Shown: positions 49,337 to 58,547, counted from the first letter of the stretch. The stretch is DNA of 64,000 nt from Candidatus Aenigmatarchaeota archaeon (GCA_039000165.1 JAWBTW010000001.1:30525-94524); one strand, 5' to 3'. A program made the numbers and translations. Notes: generated by a model from the sequence alone, not told the origin.

Positions 49337-49882
49337 TCATCTCATAACTTTTTTTGCAGTTTTTTTACCAGCATAGAAAAATCCTACTACTACTAATGCT
49401 GTTATTATCAGGCCTATTACAAGGAAGATTATTGCCTTAGAGCTATCTTTGCTATCTTCAACGCTTTCTATTAATGATTCGATTATTCCCATATCTTTGA
49501 TACTTTCGAACGATCTTATCCAAACGTTTATGTCCCAAAGAAGAGCTAAGGTATTGTATATCGATACAAGTATGCCTCTTAAAGACCTTGTACGTATTGC
49601 CTCTATCCATCCGTTGATAGTTATTACCACGCCAAGTAAGATTATCGGAAGCCCAACTATCACGTTTATAGGTAATAGAAACTGAGTGCTCAAGATGTTC
49701 AAAGCAATGCCCACAAGAATAAAAGTGTAGTAGAAGCCTACAAGCGCCAAAGCAAGGACAACTAAAGCTATTGCTTTTTCACCTTTCCCTTTTGAAATAC
49801 CCCAAAGAAGCCCTGAAGCATAGGCATTCCAGCACGACACAAAAAAATTCCAAGCTATGATTAGCCACAAGAGCAAATCCAT
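49337..49882 (-). CDS. Multi-TM membrane protein (start MDLLLW at 49882)
   Basis: about 5 hydrophobic helices; GGAGG RBS upstream. Confidence 0.7.
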   Translation of the reverse strand: MDLLLWLIIAWNFFVSCWNAYASGLLWGISKGKGEKAIALVVLALALVGFYYTFILVGIALNILSTQFLLPINVIVGLPIILLGVVITINGWIEAIRTRSLRGILVSIYNTLALLWDINVWIRSFESIKDMGIIESLIESVEDSKDSSKAIIFLVIGLIITALVVVGFFYAGKKTAKKVMR

Positions 49883-50026
49883 TTCTCTTTTTCCTCCACT
49901 CCTTTTTTCCTTCCCTTTTCTGGAGTTTTGCCGCTCCAGGCCTAGGGAAGAGAGGCCCTCTGGTTTTACCTTCATCGACGGAAAAAAAGAAGGGGGGAAT
50001 TATCGGGACGAGAATCCCTCATATCG

Positions 50027-51010
50027 TTATGGTTGTTCGGATGTTATTGGAATCACGTATTGTAGTTGAGGTGCGTTTATGAAAAGCGTTATTTTCCACT
50101 CTGGATGTTCTTCGGCTATTTTCTTTAAGCTATCGTAAACGTATTGAAGAGAGAGATATTGGATAGCTTGAGCAGCAGTCAGATTTTGTGAAATCAGTTT
50201 TCCTACAGCTTCGGTGGTAGCGTTAACAACTAACTCTATAGCTATTGCTTGTCCTTGTGCAACCCGAATGGAAGCTTCTCTAGTGGCATTTGCCAGTAAG
50301 AGTATTTTTTCTGCTTCCTTTTGAGCTGCTAAAAGCTCTAGGTAAGCTTTTTGAACGTTTTCTGGCGGCACTACGTTTCGGATAAATATTTTGTCAACAA
50401 TTGCTACTCTTTGTAAAGTGGTTATATTGTCAAGAAATTCTTGGGCATAATTTGTTACGGTAAGAGAGAAATATTCTCTCTTCTTGTAGACTAACTCGTC
50501 TGTTGTAAATTTCTGCCCGTAATTTCTTACAGCATCCCTTATTCCTTTTAAGACTGTTTCTTCTATTTTTCCAAATTCTCTGTAATTTTCATAAACCTTT
50601 TTGATTCTTTCTTGCCATCCTGGAGTTTCTGTATCAATATGCCAATGTACAGTTATGTCTGTAGCTATATCAGTTGCGTCTAATGTATCTATAAAGACCG
50701 CGCCATACTTACAGCCTTTTAGTGGCTCTTTTTTAGCCCTTGTTATTCCTTCAGGAGTAGTTTCTGTTGGGCTTAGCATGTCTTCTATCCTTACCGAAAC
50801 ATCGTAGTAAACAACACTTTCCCAAAAGCTTTTTTCAGCCCACCATTTTGGTCCTTTTTCTATTCTTATTACTCCGCCTACTTGGTCAGTTACTATTGCT
50901 ACTTGCCCTACGTTGATGCTGTAGTGGGTCGCTTCAAAGGTAAAGATTCCTATCAAAATTCCTACTACTAGTAGAAAGATAATGATTCCTGCAATCCATC
51001 TTTTTTCCAT
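50027..51010 (-). CDS. SPFH / prohibitin-like membrane protein
   Basis: N-terminal TM, IRDAVRNY..FTTDELV..KRE, coiled coil ending AQGQA. Confidence 0.8.
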   Translation of the reverse strand: MEKRWIAGIIIFLLVVGILIGIFTFEATHYSINVGQVAIVTDQVGGVIRIEKGPKWWAEKSFWESVVYYDVSVRIEDMLSPTETTPEGITRAKKEPLKGCKYGAVFIDTLDATDIATDITVHWHIDTETPGWQERIKKVYENYREFGKIEETVLKGIRDAVRNYGQKFTTDELVYKKREYFSLTVTNYAQEFLDNITTLQRVAIVDKIFIRNVVPPENVQKAYLELLAAQKEAEKILLLANATREASIRVAQGQAIAIELVVNATTEAVGKLISQNLTAAQAIQYLSLQYVYDSLKKIAEEHPEWKITLFINAPQLQYVIPITSEQP

Positions 51011-51014
51011 ACTC

Positions 51015-51254
51015 TCACCTCTTCTTAACCTTCTTCCTTACTGTTTTTGCAAGGAAGTAGCAGCCGTATATCGAAACTATAGACAAAACAACCCATCCCA
51101 AGATTGGTGCCCATGCTATATGCCAGTAGCCTTTCTGAATAGCTGGAAATGCGTTTAACACTAGCAAAGTCCATATAGCTACTAGCTCTATTGCTATCGC
51201 AAGTCCGATGAGTAGTAGATCTATCACTACCACTATCACTCTTTTCTCCTCCAT
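51015..51254 (-). CDS. Small 2-TM membrane protein (start MEEKRV at 51254)
   Basis: two hydrophobic helices, GGAGG RBS. Confidence 0.65.
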   Translation of the reverse strand: MEEKRVIVVVIDLLLIGLAIAIELVAIWTLLVLNAFPAIQKGYWHIAWAPILGWVVLSIVSIYGCYFLAKTVRKKVKKR

Positions 51255-51269
51255 TTTCTTCTTTCCTCC

Positions 51270-51354
51270 TTTTTCTTGCCCCACCCACGGCTGGATTTTG
51301 GGGTACGTGGGGCTTGACCCCAGGCTTAAAAGCCCTCCAGCCCACAGAAAAAAA
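51270..51354. repeat. 85-bp GC-rich intergenic repeat, copy A (structured element)
   Basis: identical to 56310..56394. Confidence 0.95.
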
Positions 51355-51362
51355 AGGGAATT

Positions 51363-51635
51363 TTAAAGAGAGAAAGCCCAAAAAAAGGCTATAGCCCATG
51401 CTATTATCACTGCTATGAAAGGAACCCTCTTGTCTTTGTAAACCATTGAATATGAGTAAATTCCTAAGGCTGCAAAGAAGCCAAAGAGCAGAAGTATGTA
51501 ATAGCTGAATACTACAGGAAACGTTTGTTGAAATTCTTAGATTCTTAGGTTAAGTCCGATTATTAGCAAGAAAGCGCACCATCCTGCCAAAAACAAAGCT
51601 GCAAAGCAAAGACTTACTATTTTACTCTTTTCCAT
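51363..51635 (-). pseudogene. 3-TM membrane protein gene with a single in-frame TAA (51537-51539)
   Basis: GGAGGTGA RBS; MEKSKIVSLCF...LNLRI*EFQQTFPVVF...FWAFSL*. Confidence 0.65.
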
Positions 51636-51902
51636 TTAGCTTCTCACCTCCTTTTTAATTTGATAACCTTGAAGAAAAACAAGAAAAGACATTCAATTCT
51701 TAACAAAAGACAACTCAAGAAAAAAATTTTCTTTTTGATTAGAAAAAACTCTACCAATTTTTCTTCAATTTTTGCTTTTTCCTTCAAGTTTTATCAAGTT
51801 AGTTGCTCTAAAGGTAAACCAAGTTTTTTCGTTTACTAAATCTTATAATTGTAAGATTCGAAAGCCTTATAAGTTTTTTTCTCAAAAAATGAAACATTTG
51901 TT

Positions 51903-53963
51903 TCACCTTTCTGGAATAAACTCAATTTTTTTCCAAGCTTCGCCTTTTTTAAAATCTTCTATGCTTGCAACGTAAAGGATTAAACCTATTCCTTTATGCT
52001 CAAAGCTATACTTTGCAGCTTGCTGTATTACACAAACTTTTATTTTTTCCGAAGAGCAAACAAAGTAAATTTCTTTTCTGGAATTCTTTATTTTTTCATA
52101 AATCTTAGCCGGAACAGCTTCAGCTATCAAGCTAACTTCAAAGTTAAACTCATTTTTTTCTATTTCAATTTTTTCTTGAGTCCTTGAAACTATTCTGTAG
52201 CCATTCAAAGTGAAAACGTTTTCCAAAAACTTTATTTCCTCTTCGCTAAACTCCTTTCTCTCATGCTTTGGCAAGGTATTGTTTCTTAAGATAAGAGCAA
52301 GCTCACCCTCATGTGTTAAGAAGTAGAATATGGCAGTTTGCTTGTAAACCTTTGCTTTTCTTGAACCGATAAAACCTATTTGGCTAAGCTTTTCTACAAT
52401 TTCGTTAAAAACTCTGCAAGACATTTTTAACTTTTTATAAAGCTCAGAAGTGTAAGAACCTTCAAAACTAGCTAAAGCTTCTAAAACTTTCCACTCGTTA
52501 TAAGTAACTCTTAAAATCTTTTTCTCAATATCTTCTTTTTCAAGCTTAAGCGCAACCTCAAAATCTTTTCTTTCTCTTTCTTTAAATTTCAAAATCTTTT
52601 CTTCCATTTCCTTTCTTAAAATTTCATCGCTTATAATTCCCCTTTCAACCAAAACTAAAGGAAACTTTATCAGGAAAGGATTTGGAAAATCAGACTTTCT
52701 TATCAAAATAAAAGCATGTCCTACAGGAAGCCTTCTCAAGTAATCTATATCTTTTTCTTCTCTTAATCCTAACATATTAGCTGCATCTTGTACGTCTGAA
52801 GAATACTTTGTATCTAAGCCCAAATTCATGTAAATATGCGTAGAAGTGTTTCCCAAGGCAGGATAGCTTACTAGAGAAGGGTGCTGATCAACGTAAATCA
52901 TTCCTATTCCTAACTCTCTAATTTCTCTGAATATCAAATCAGTTACAGCTTCTACCCCAAACTTCTTAGTTTTTTCTCTGTTCAAAACATGATGAGCTTC
53001 TTCAAGGATTATTACTCCCAAAAGCTTTTCTCTTTTGTTTGAAACAATAAGCCAATCTCTTATCCATTGCAAGATTATTTCTATGAAAAAAGTTTTGTCG
53101 TCATTGCTTAAAGAATCGAGCTCAAGTATTGTTATTTTGCCTTTTTCAAAAAAGCTTGAAGGCAAAATTCCTTTTTCACAATCAAAAATCTCTCCTGTTT
53201 CTCTCAAGCATAAAGATTCTAAAGGCCTTTTTGCAGTTGCTATCCAGTTTTTCTCTCTTGGTGAAAGCTCAGAATGTGAATATTTCTCAAGCCAATCTTT
53301 TATATCTTTTATTCTTGGAGTTTCTGGCTCAAGCTTTTTGTAGAGCTCATCTAAGGCTTTTAAGATTATGTGCCTTCCTCCTCCCAAAAGCCAGTAAGCA
53401 TGGTCAAAAACTTCAGCGAACTCTTTTATCCACTGAGAAACTTGAACTCCTTGAGGAGGAACCAAAGGATTAAACCTGAAAGGAGCAATATCTCTTCCAA
53501 CAGTGTAAACTGTTATTCTTTCTTTAAGCTCAGTAGCAAGCAAATCTCTGTAGTTTCTTTTTGAAAAGTCAAAAATTAAAATTGGGATTTCCCTTTTTGC
53601 TAGGGATTTTACAAGAAAATGAACAATATTAGTTTTTCCTGAGCCTGAAGAACCAAAAATTCCTACATGCGTTAGCAAATCTTTTTCGTTAAAAAACAAA
53701 GGGTAAAGCTCTTTCTTTCCGTATAAAATGGTTCCGAGCTCAAAATCTCCTTTTGAAGCAATTTCTTTTGGAGGAGGCTCTAGCAAAGCTGAACTTTTTA
53801 ATTCATCATCAGAAAAAATGCTTGCTTTTATTCCGTCTATTATTTCAACTATTTTTTTTCTATATTCTTCATCTCCTAGAAAATAAGCTGCCTCGAGCCT
53901 TGCTGCTTTTTCTTTCCCCAAAAAAGGAATAAGCCTTTGAATCTCTTTTGTTATTTCTTCCAT
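51903..53963 (-). CDS. HerA/VirB4/TraG-like (DUF87) P-loop ATPase with C-terminal wHTH-like region
   Basis: HVGIFGSSGSGKT, FNPL, ILEEAH, REIRELG...DQHPS. Confidence 0.88.
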   Translation of the reverse strand: MEEITKEIQRLIPFLGKEKAARLEAAYFLGDEEYRKKIVEIIDGIKASIFSDDELKSSALLEPPPKEIASKGDFELGTILYGKKELYPLFFNEKDLLTHVGIFGSSGSGKTNIVHFLVKSLAKREIPILIFDFSKRNYRDLLATELKERITVYTVGRDIAPFRFNPLVPPQGVQVSQWIKEFAEVFDHAYWLLGGGRHIILKALDELYKKLEPETPRIKDIKDWLEKYSHSELSPREKNWIATAKRPLESLCLRETGEIFDCEKGILPSSFFEKGKITILELDSLSNDDKTFFIEIILQWIRDWLIVSNKREKLLGVIILEEAHHVLNREKTKKFGVEAVTDLIFREIRELGIGMIYVDQHPSLVSYPALGNTSTHIYMNLGLDTKYSSDVQDAANMLGLREEKDIDYLRRLPVGHAFILIRKSDFPNPFLIKFPLVLVERGIISDEILRKEMEEKILKFKERERKDFEVALKLEKEDIEKKILRVTYNEWKVLEALASFEGSYTSELYKKLKMSCRVFNEIVEKLSQIGFIGSRKAKVYKQTAIFYFLTHEGELALILRNNTLPKHERKEFSEEEIKFLENVFTLNGYRIVSRTQEKIEIEKNEFNFEVSLIAEAVPAKIYEKIKNSRKEIYFVCSSEKIKVCVIQQAAKYSFEHKGIGLILYVASIEDFKKGEAWKKIEFIPER

Positions 53964-53965
53964 TT

Positions 53966-54562
53966 TTATCCACCTAAGTTTAAGTCTGAAAATAAGCTTG
54001 CTATCTTTGATTCTTCTTCGTATTGCTCTTCAAGCTCTTTTAGCTGCTTTCTTAAGGCTACTATGTCACGCCAGAAAAGAGTATTTTCCTTTCTCTTTTC
54101 CATTCTTAGCAAAGTAACGTTAAGCTTAAACTCCCTTAGCTCTTCCCTGTTTGAAATTGTTGAAATTATTTTTTCCATTTCTGCTATGTCTGAATCTATT
54201 TCTTTGTTAAACTTTGCGTTCATCTCTTCTCTTTCCTTAATAATTTGCTTGATTTCTTCTATTCTTTCCTTCAAGAACCTCACTCTATCGAACAAATTTC
54301 CAACAACTTTTGAACCAAAGAGCTCTAAAGGTTCAATTTCGGTTGATTGCATATCCTTAGCAAGCTTTTGAAGAATTGGCACGCTTATTTTCTGAATTTT
54401 TGGTTTGATTACTTTAACTTCTTCTTGTTTGTACTTTGGAATTTTTGGCAAAGCTTGAGAAGAGCTATCTTCTTTTTTCTCCACATAATCTTCGCTGTCC
54501 TTGCTCTTGTAGCTTTTTATAACTCTTTTTATTTCTTTGTCATCCAATTCATAGTATTCCAT
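53966..54562 (-). CDS. Coiled-coil hypothetical protein, coupled to the ATPase
   Basis: heptad-rich C-terminal half; 2-nt gap to the ATPase. Confidence 0.7.
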   Translation of the reverse strand: MEYYELDDKEIKRVIKSYKSKDSEDYVEKKEDSSSQALPKIPKYKQEEVKVIKPKIQKISVPILQKLAKDMQSTEIEPLELFGSKVVGNLFDRVRFLKERIEEIKQIIKEREEMNAKFNKEIDSDIAEMEKIISTISNREELREFKLNVTLLRMEKRKENTLFWRDIVALRKQLKELEEQYEEESKIASLFSDLNLGG

Positions 54563-54740
54563 ATAATCACTTATTGGTAGTTAATGAAAATTAAATTATT
54601 TAAATCTTTCGATGTTAAGACAACTAAAGACATTTTTCTTCATCTTTTCAAATTTTTTTTTCAATTCTTTAAGAAATTTGTCCAAAAAAATTGGTACAAA
54701 TGCGTCAAATTTAAAAACTTTTTTGTCATTATATTTTCAT

Positions 54741-55178
54741 ATGATAGACGAAAGAGATTTGATTATATTAAACGAGCTGAGAAAAAACGCAAGGCTTAGC
54801 TCTCGTGCCCTAGCAAAAAAAGTTGGCTTACCAATTTCTACCGTGCATAGAAGAATAAAAAGAATGGAAAAGGAAGGAATAATCAAAGGGTATTATGCAG
54901 CCATAGACTTTGAAAAGATAGGAAAGCCTATAGAAGCATTAATATTGATAAACCTTGCAGAAGGAAGAGAATATATCCCTTTAGAACAAATAAAAAAAGA
55001 GCTTAAAGGAATAGGAGAAATAATGGAAATTCTTGTTCTTCAAGGAGGAAACATTGATCTAATAACAAAAGTAAGACTTCCTAACCTTAAAAACCTTTCA
55101 TCATTTTTGGAAAACATAAGAAAGCTTGAGGGAATAGAGGAAGTTTCTTGCTCCATAGTTGCTGAGGAATTGAGTTAA
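54741..55178 (+). CDS. Lrp/AsnC transcriptional regulator (start ATG 54741)
   Basis: MIDERDLIILNEL..NARLS..LAKKVGL..STVHRRI..MEKEGIIKGY. Confidence 0.93.
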   Translation: MIDERDLIILNELRKNARLSSRALAKKVGLPISTVHRRIKRMEKEGIIKGYYAAIDFEKIGKPIEALILINLAEGREYIPLEQIKKELKGIGEIMEILVLQGGNIDLITKVRLPNLKNLSSFLENIRKLEGIEEVSCSIVAEELS

Positions 55179-55187
55179 TTTTTTAGA

Positions 55188-55203
55188 TGTTAGACGTCTA
55201 ACA
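55188..55203. repeat. 16-bp palindrome, copy 5 (extends to 18 bp)
   Basis: ATGTTAGACGTCTAACAT between convergent genes. Confidence 0.95.
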
Positions 55204-55244
55204 TAAAACAAAAAAATGGGGAAGTGGAAAGGAAGTCAAAGAAC

Positions 55245-55421
55245 TCATTGCCTTCTAAGCTTTGGTATAGCAAAAGCTAAGATTAGCCCTAGAAAGAAAA
55301 TCAGTACAACGAAGATTGCTGTGCCAAGAATAGGACCTGCCATGAGAGCAAGGAAAACCGTCACTATTAAGTAAAGCACCGATAGCAAAGCCATTGCTAC
55401 AATTTTTTCTTCCTTTGGCAT
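55245..55421 (-). CDS. 58-aa 2-TM protein (start MPKEEK)
   Basis: GGAGG RBS; almost wholly hydrophobic. Confidence 0.65.
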   Translation of the reverse strand: MPKEEKIVAMALLSVLYLIVTVFLALMAGPILGTAIFVVLIFFLGLILAFAIPKLRRQ

Positions 55422-55432
55422 GTTAGTTCCTC

Positions 55433-56290
55433 CTAGATTATGATGAAAAAGCCCCAGTCCCTCCATGCACCGAAGCTCATCCACCACCAAGCTGCTATCA
55501 CCCAGCCAAAGAATGTTAGTTTGCCATAGCCCCATGTGTATATCCAACCGTCTCCAAGCTCTGTCTGTATTATATTTTCGATGAACCACCTTATTAAGTA
55601 TCCTACTAATGCTAATATTGCTCCGACCAAAGCTATTATTCCTGCTACAACCTTGCTAACAAGCTCTGGAATCGCTAGCAAGCCCGCGATTATCGGCCCT
55701 AAAAGCCCTGCTATGGAAGCAAAGGTTGACCTATACTTTGCATCCTCTAACATGTATTGAGGAATGTGGTGATGCTGCTTTGAAGCTCCGGTTAAAGTAT
55801 AGGCTTTGTTCTTAGCTAGTGGGTAGTAGGTTTCTATGTTGTCAGGATGGTCGTACTTAACCCAGAAATAATCGCTTCCAGGAGCTCTAACAAAAAGTAT
55901 GCTATCCCAATAGTATTTTGGCAAGCTTAAACTAGAAGTTGTTGCCATAACTCTATAGCCTGGTTCTATGAAAAGCCAGGAAGGCATAGGCACTCTAGGA
56001 AGTTTTGGTTGAGGATATATTTTTGCTATTGGATAAGGCTCAGACTTTATTGTTATCACTCTTCCTTCAACAGTAGTTTTTACTTCAATCTGGACGTAGT
56101 GTTGACCTGCTTTTATTATGTCGAACCTTTTGGCATAGACTTTGAAACCATTTATTTCAAACGTTTTTGAAGTTTCTATGGTTAAATTTGTGTTTAATAG
56201 CGAGACACTTGCATAAGTTGGCAGAGCTACACCTGAACTTAGCACTAGCAAGAGAAGCAGCGCTACTACTGCTACTTTATACTTTCGCAT
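55433..56290 (-). CDS. Secreted protein with hydrophobic Gly/Ala-rich hairpin and Trp-rich C-terminus
   Basis: signal peptide MRKYKVAVVALLLLLVLS; IAGLLGPIIAGLLA...VAGIIALVGAILALVG. Confidence 0.7.
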   Translation of the reverse strand: MRKYKVAVVALLLLLVLSSGVALPTYASVSLLNTNLTIETSKTFEINGFKVYAKRFDIIKAGQHYVQIEVKTTVEGRVITIKSEPYPIAKIYPQPKLPRVPMPSWLFIEPGYRVMATTSSLSLPKYYWDSILFVRAPGSDYFWVKYDHPDNIETYYPLAKNKAYTLTGASKQHHHIPQYMLEDAKYRSTFASIAGLLGPIIAGLLAIPELVSKVVAGIIALVGAILALVGYLIRWFIENIIQTELGDGWIYTWGYGKLTFFGWVIAAWWWMSFGAWRDWGFFIII

Positions 56291-56309
56291 TTTTCTTCTT
56301 CCCTCCTTT

Positions 56310-56394
56310 TTTTTCTTGCCCCACCCACGGCTGGATTTTGGGGTACGTGGGGCTTGACCCCAGGCTTAAAAGCCCTCCAGCCCACAGAAAAAAA
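56310..56394. repeat. 85-bp GC-rich intergenic repeat, copy B
   Basis: identical to 51270..51354 (offset 5040 bp). Confidence 0.95.
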
Positions 56395-56408
56395 GGGGAA
56401 AATGAAAG

Positions 56409-58547
56409 CTATTCCTTTTCTTCTTCCTCTTTGTCTCTCTTTTCTAGAAATTCTGTCAGTTGCTTTGCTATGAATTTTGCTGGAAGTGTTTGAGATACTG
56501 GCTTAACTATAGCCTTTATCAAAGAACCTATGCCAATTAGCACAAAGATTATTCCAACTATGCAGCAAATGTAACCTATTGCCATATCCAAGGCTGGAAC
56601 CGAGAGTAACGTCCATGAACCTATTTTCCAGTCTATTATGCCTATGGAAAGTTTTGCAAATATCAGATACTTTAGAAAGAATAAACCTAGAAAGAACGCA
56701 ACGATACCGCAAAGGATTATCGAGATAGGAAACTTGAACCTTTGCCATACTGGTATGGTTACCTCTTTTACTATCTTTTTGCCTTCTTTTGCTGCACTCT
56801 TTGCTAACTCTTTTGCCTTCTTTCTTTTGTACTCGTCTCTTGCTATTGCTCCTACTGTTACAATCATTGAAGTAATGCATACTGTTGCAAGAACCCAAAC
56901 CCAGGGACTAATTCCATGTTCACTTATTGGCTTGTCAGGATCAGAGTCTGGGTTTGGATCAGGTTTTGGGTTTGGCGGAGTTCTGTCAACTATTTCTGTA
57001 TTGTTATCTGGCAGGACTGGCGGTAAAAGTTTGAAGCTTAAGTAAGCGTTGCTTGTCACTAGCCCATCCCAAGACCTTTTCACGTAGAAAAATACCTTTC
57101 CTTCTGTTTCGCTTGCTACGCCTAGGTTTTCCACCTCAAAACTAAGCTTTTCTGTTTCATTTGGTTTTAAAGTTATAGTAACGCTAGTAGGTTTAATAGA
57201 AGCTCTTGAAGTGCTTGTGTCAGCAATAACAATCGCAGAACTTGCTGTTTTTGCGTACTGCTTCAACACTACTTCGCACTTTCTTTTCCCTGCTGCCTCT
57301 ATCTCTGAACTTCCAACCCACTTCACACTTTCTATTCTTATGTCAGCAATTGGCGGTCTATAAACCCAAGTTTCAGCAAGCTCAGTAGGAACAAAGAAAG
57401 TAACTATTGGAGCTCCGCTATAAGCACCCCATGGAATTTCCACTATTACAGCATGAGGCTCGCCGTCTTTCATTTCTATCTGCCATTTATAACCTCTTAG
57501 CCATGTTTTGGCAATGTTTCCTTGGCTTGTCATTTTATTTAGGTACCACATCAAGCTGTAGTCGCCTTCGCTTGGATAGATGGGTGGAGCTATAGGATCT
57601 CTTATAAAATTGATGTCCCAAAATCCGTCTCTTGCAACCCAACCTTTTTCTGAATCGATTATCGGATAGGCTAAATCTGGCTGCTTGAAAGGTGCTGGAC
57701 TACCTCCCACATCCTTATCGCTTACTGCACAGGGATTCCATCTTACTACACCGAACCAGAAGGTAGAGTAAGCTTTGCTGTCCTTTATGTAGCAAAGCAC
57801 GCAGCTTTTTGAAGGATAGTATACTGTGGTGGCACCATGATCATATCTTATATATTGGAGTGCTTCGCTTGTAAAAATGTAGTTCTCGTTGAAAAGGACT
57901 ATTTCAGGTACATGTGGCTCTGAGAAATCACCCTCTAGTCTACCTAAGTTTTTGATTAGTACAGGACCTTTTGGTGTGTTAACCACGAATTCCTTTTCTC
58001 CTGCCTCTGTATTGAGCGAAGCTTTGCCCATTAGAGTACCTTCTAGATAAACAGAAACTTCGAAGATTGTGTATTTTTCCCAACTAGGCTCTCCCCATTG
58101 GTAATATTTAACTACTGTTGCTGGTATAGAAACATCTTTTTCGTACCAAACGTTACCGATAAGTTTGTTCGCGCATCCTCGATAAACTTTTGGTGCAACT
58201 ATTCTGTCTTCTATTGGAGCAAGCTTAAGTAGCCTTTTGAAATAGGACTTTACTGGTTTTATTACTATTTCAACTGTTTTCTTCGTTTTTATCTTAGCTC
58301 CTTCTTCATCTTTCAAAGGCTGCGTTGTGTTTGCAGGAAGTTTTATTCTTCCCTCAAAGTTATCCATCTGGTCTACTGCTGCAGTAAAAACCCAGTAGCC
58401 CCCTCGCCAATTCCCTGAGCTATCTTCGTCACCACCTTGCAACTGAATGTTTTGCGGTGGGGTTAAAAGTGTTGCTTCGCAGCTTACTGTTAAGCTAAGC
58501 ACTAGGAAGAGAAGCAGTGCTACTATTGCTACTTTATACTTTCGCAT
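56409..58547 (-). CDS. Large secreted membrane-anchored protein
   Basis: signal peptide MRKYKVAIVALLLFLVLS, Ig-like module, PNPKPDPNPDSDPD linker, 3 C-terminal TMs. Confidence 0.75.
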   Translation of the reverse strand: MRKYKVAIVALLLFLVLSLTVSCEATLLTPPQNIQLQGGDEDSSGNWRGGYWVFTAAVDQMDNFEGRIKLPANTTQPLKDEEGAKIKTKKTVEIVIKPVKSYFKRLLKLAPIEDRIVAPKVYRGCANKLIGNVWYEKDVSIPATVVKYYQWGEPSWEKYTIFEVSVYLEGTLMGKASLNTEAGEKEFVVNTPKGPVLIKNLGRLEGDFSEPHVPEIVLFNENYIFTSEALQYIRYDHGATTVYYPSKSCVLCYIKDSKAYSTFWFGVVRWNPCAVSDKDVGGSPAPFKQPDLAYPIIDSEKGWVARDGFWDINFIRDPIAPPIYPSEGDYSLMWYLNKMTSQGNIAKTWLRGYKWQIEMKDGEPHAVIVEIPWGAYSGAPIVTFFVPTELAETWVYRPPIADIRIESVKWVGSSEIEAAGKRKCEVVLKQYAKTASSAIVIADTSTSRASIKPTSVTITLKPNETEKLSFEVENLGVASETEGKVFFYVKRSWDGLVTSNAYLSFKLLPPVLPDNNTEIVDRTPPNPKPDPNPDSDPDKPISEHGISPWVWVLATVCITSMIVTVGAIARDEYKRKKAKELAKSAAKEGKKIVKEVTIPVWQRFKFPISIILCGIVAFFLGLFFLKYLIFAKLSIGIIDWKIGSWTLLSVPALDMAIGYICCIVGIIFVLIGIGSLIKAIVKPVSQTLPAKFIAKQLTEFLEKRDKEEEEKE

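Noticed and set aside
49935..49980. Hammerhead ribozyme (GAUGA ... GAAA)
   Set aside because: The core is CGAUGA, not CUGAUGA, and the stems do not form the three-helix arrangement with an NUH site.
51525..51555. Possible BHB/BHL intron removing the TAA of the broken membrane gene
   Set aside because: The candidate helix CCUA/UAAG has a mismatch, and a 10-nt excision would not keep the frame.
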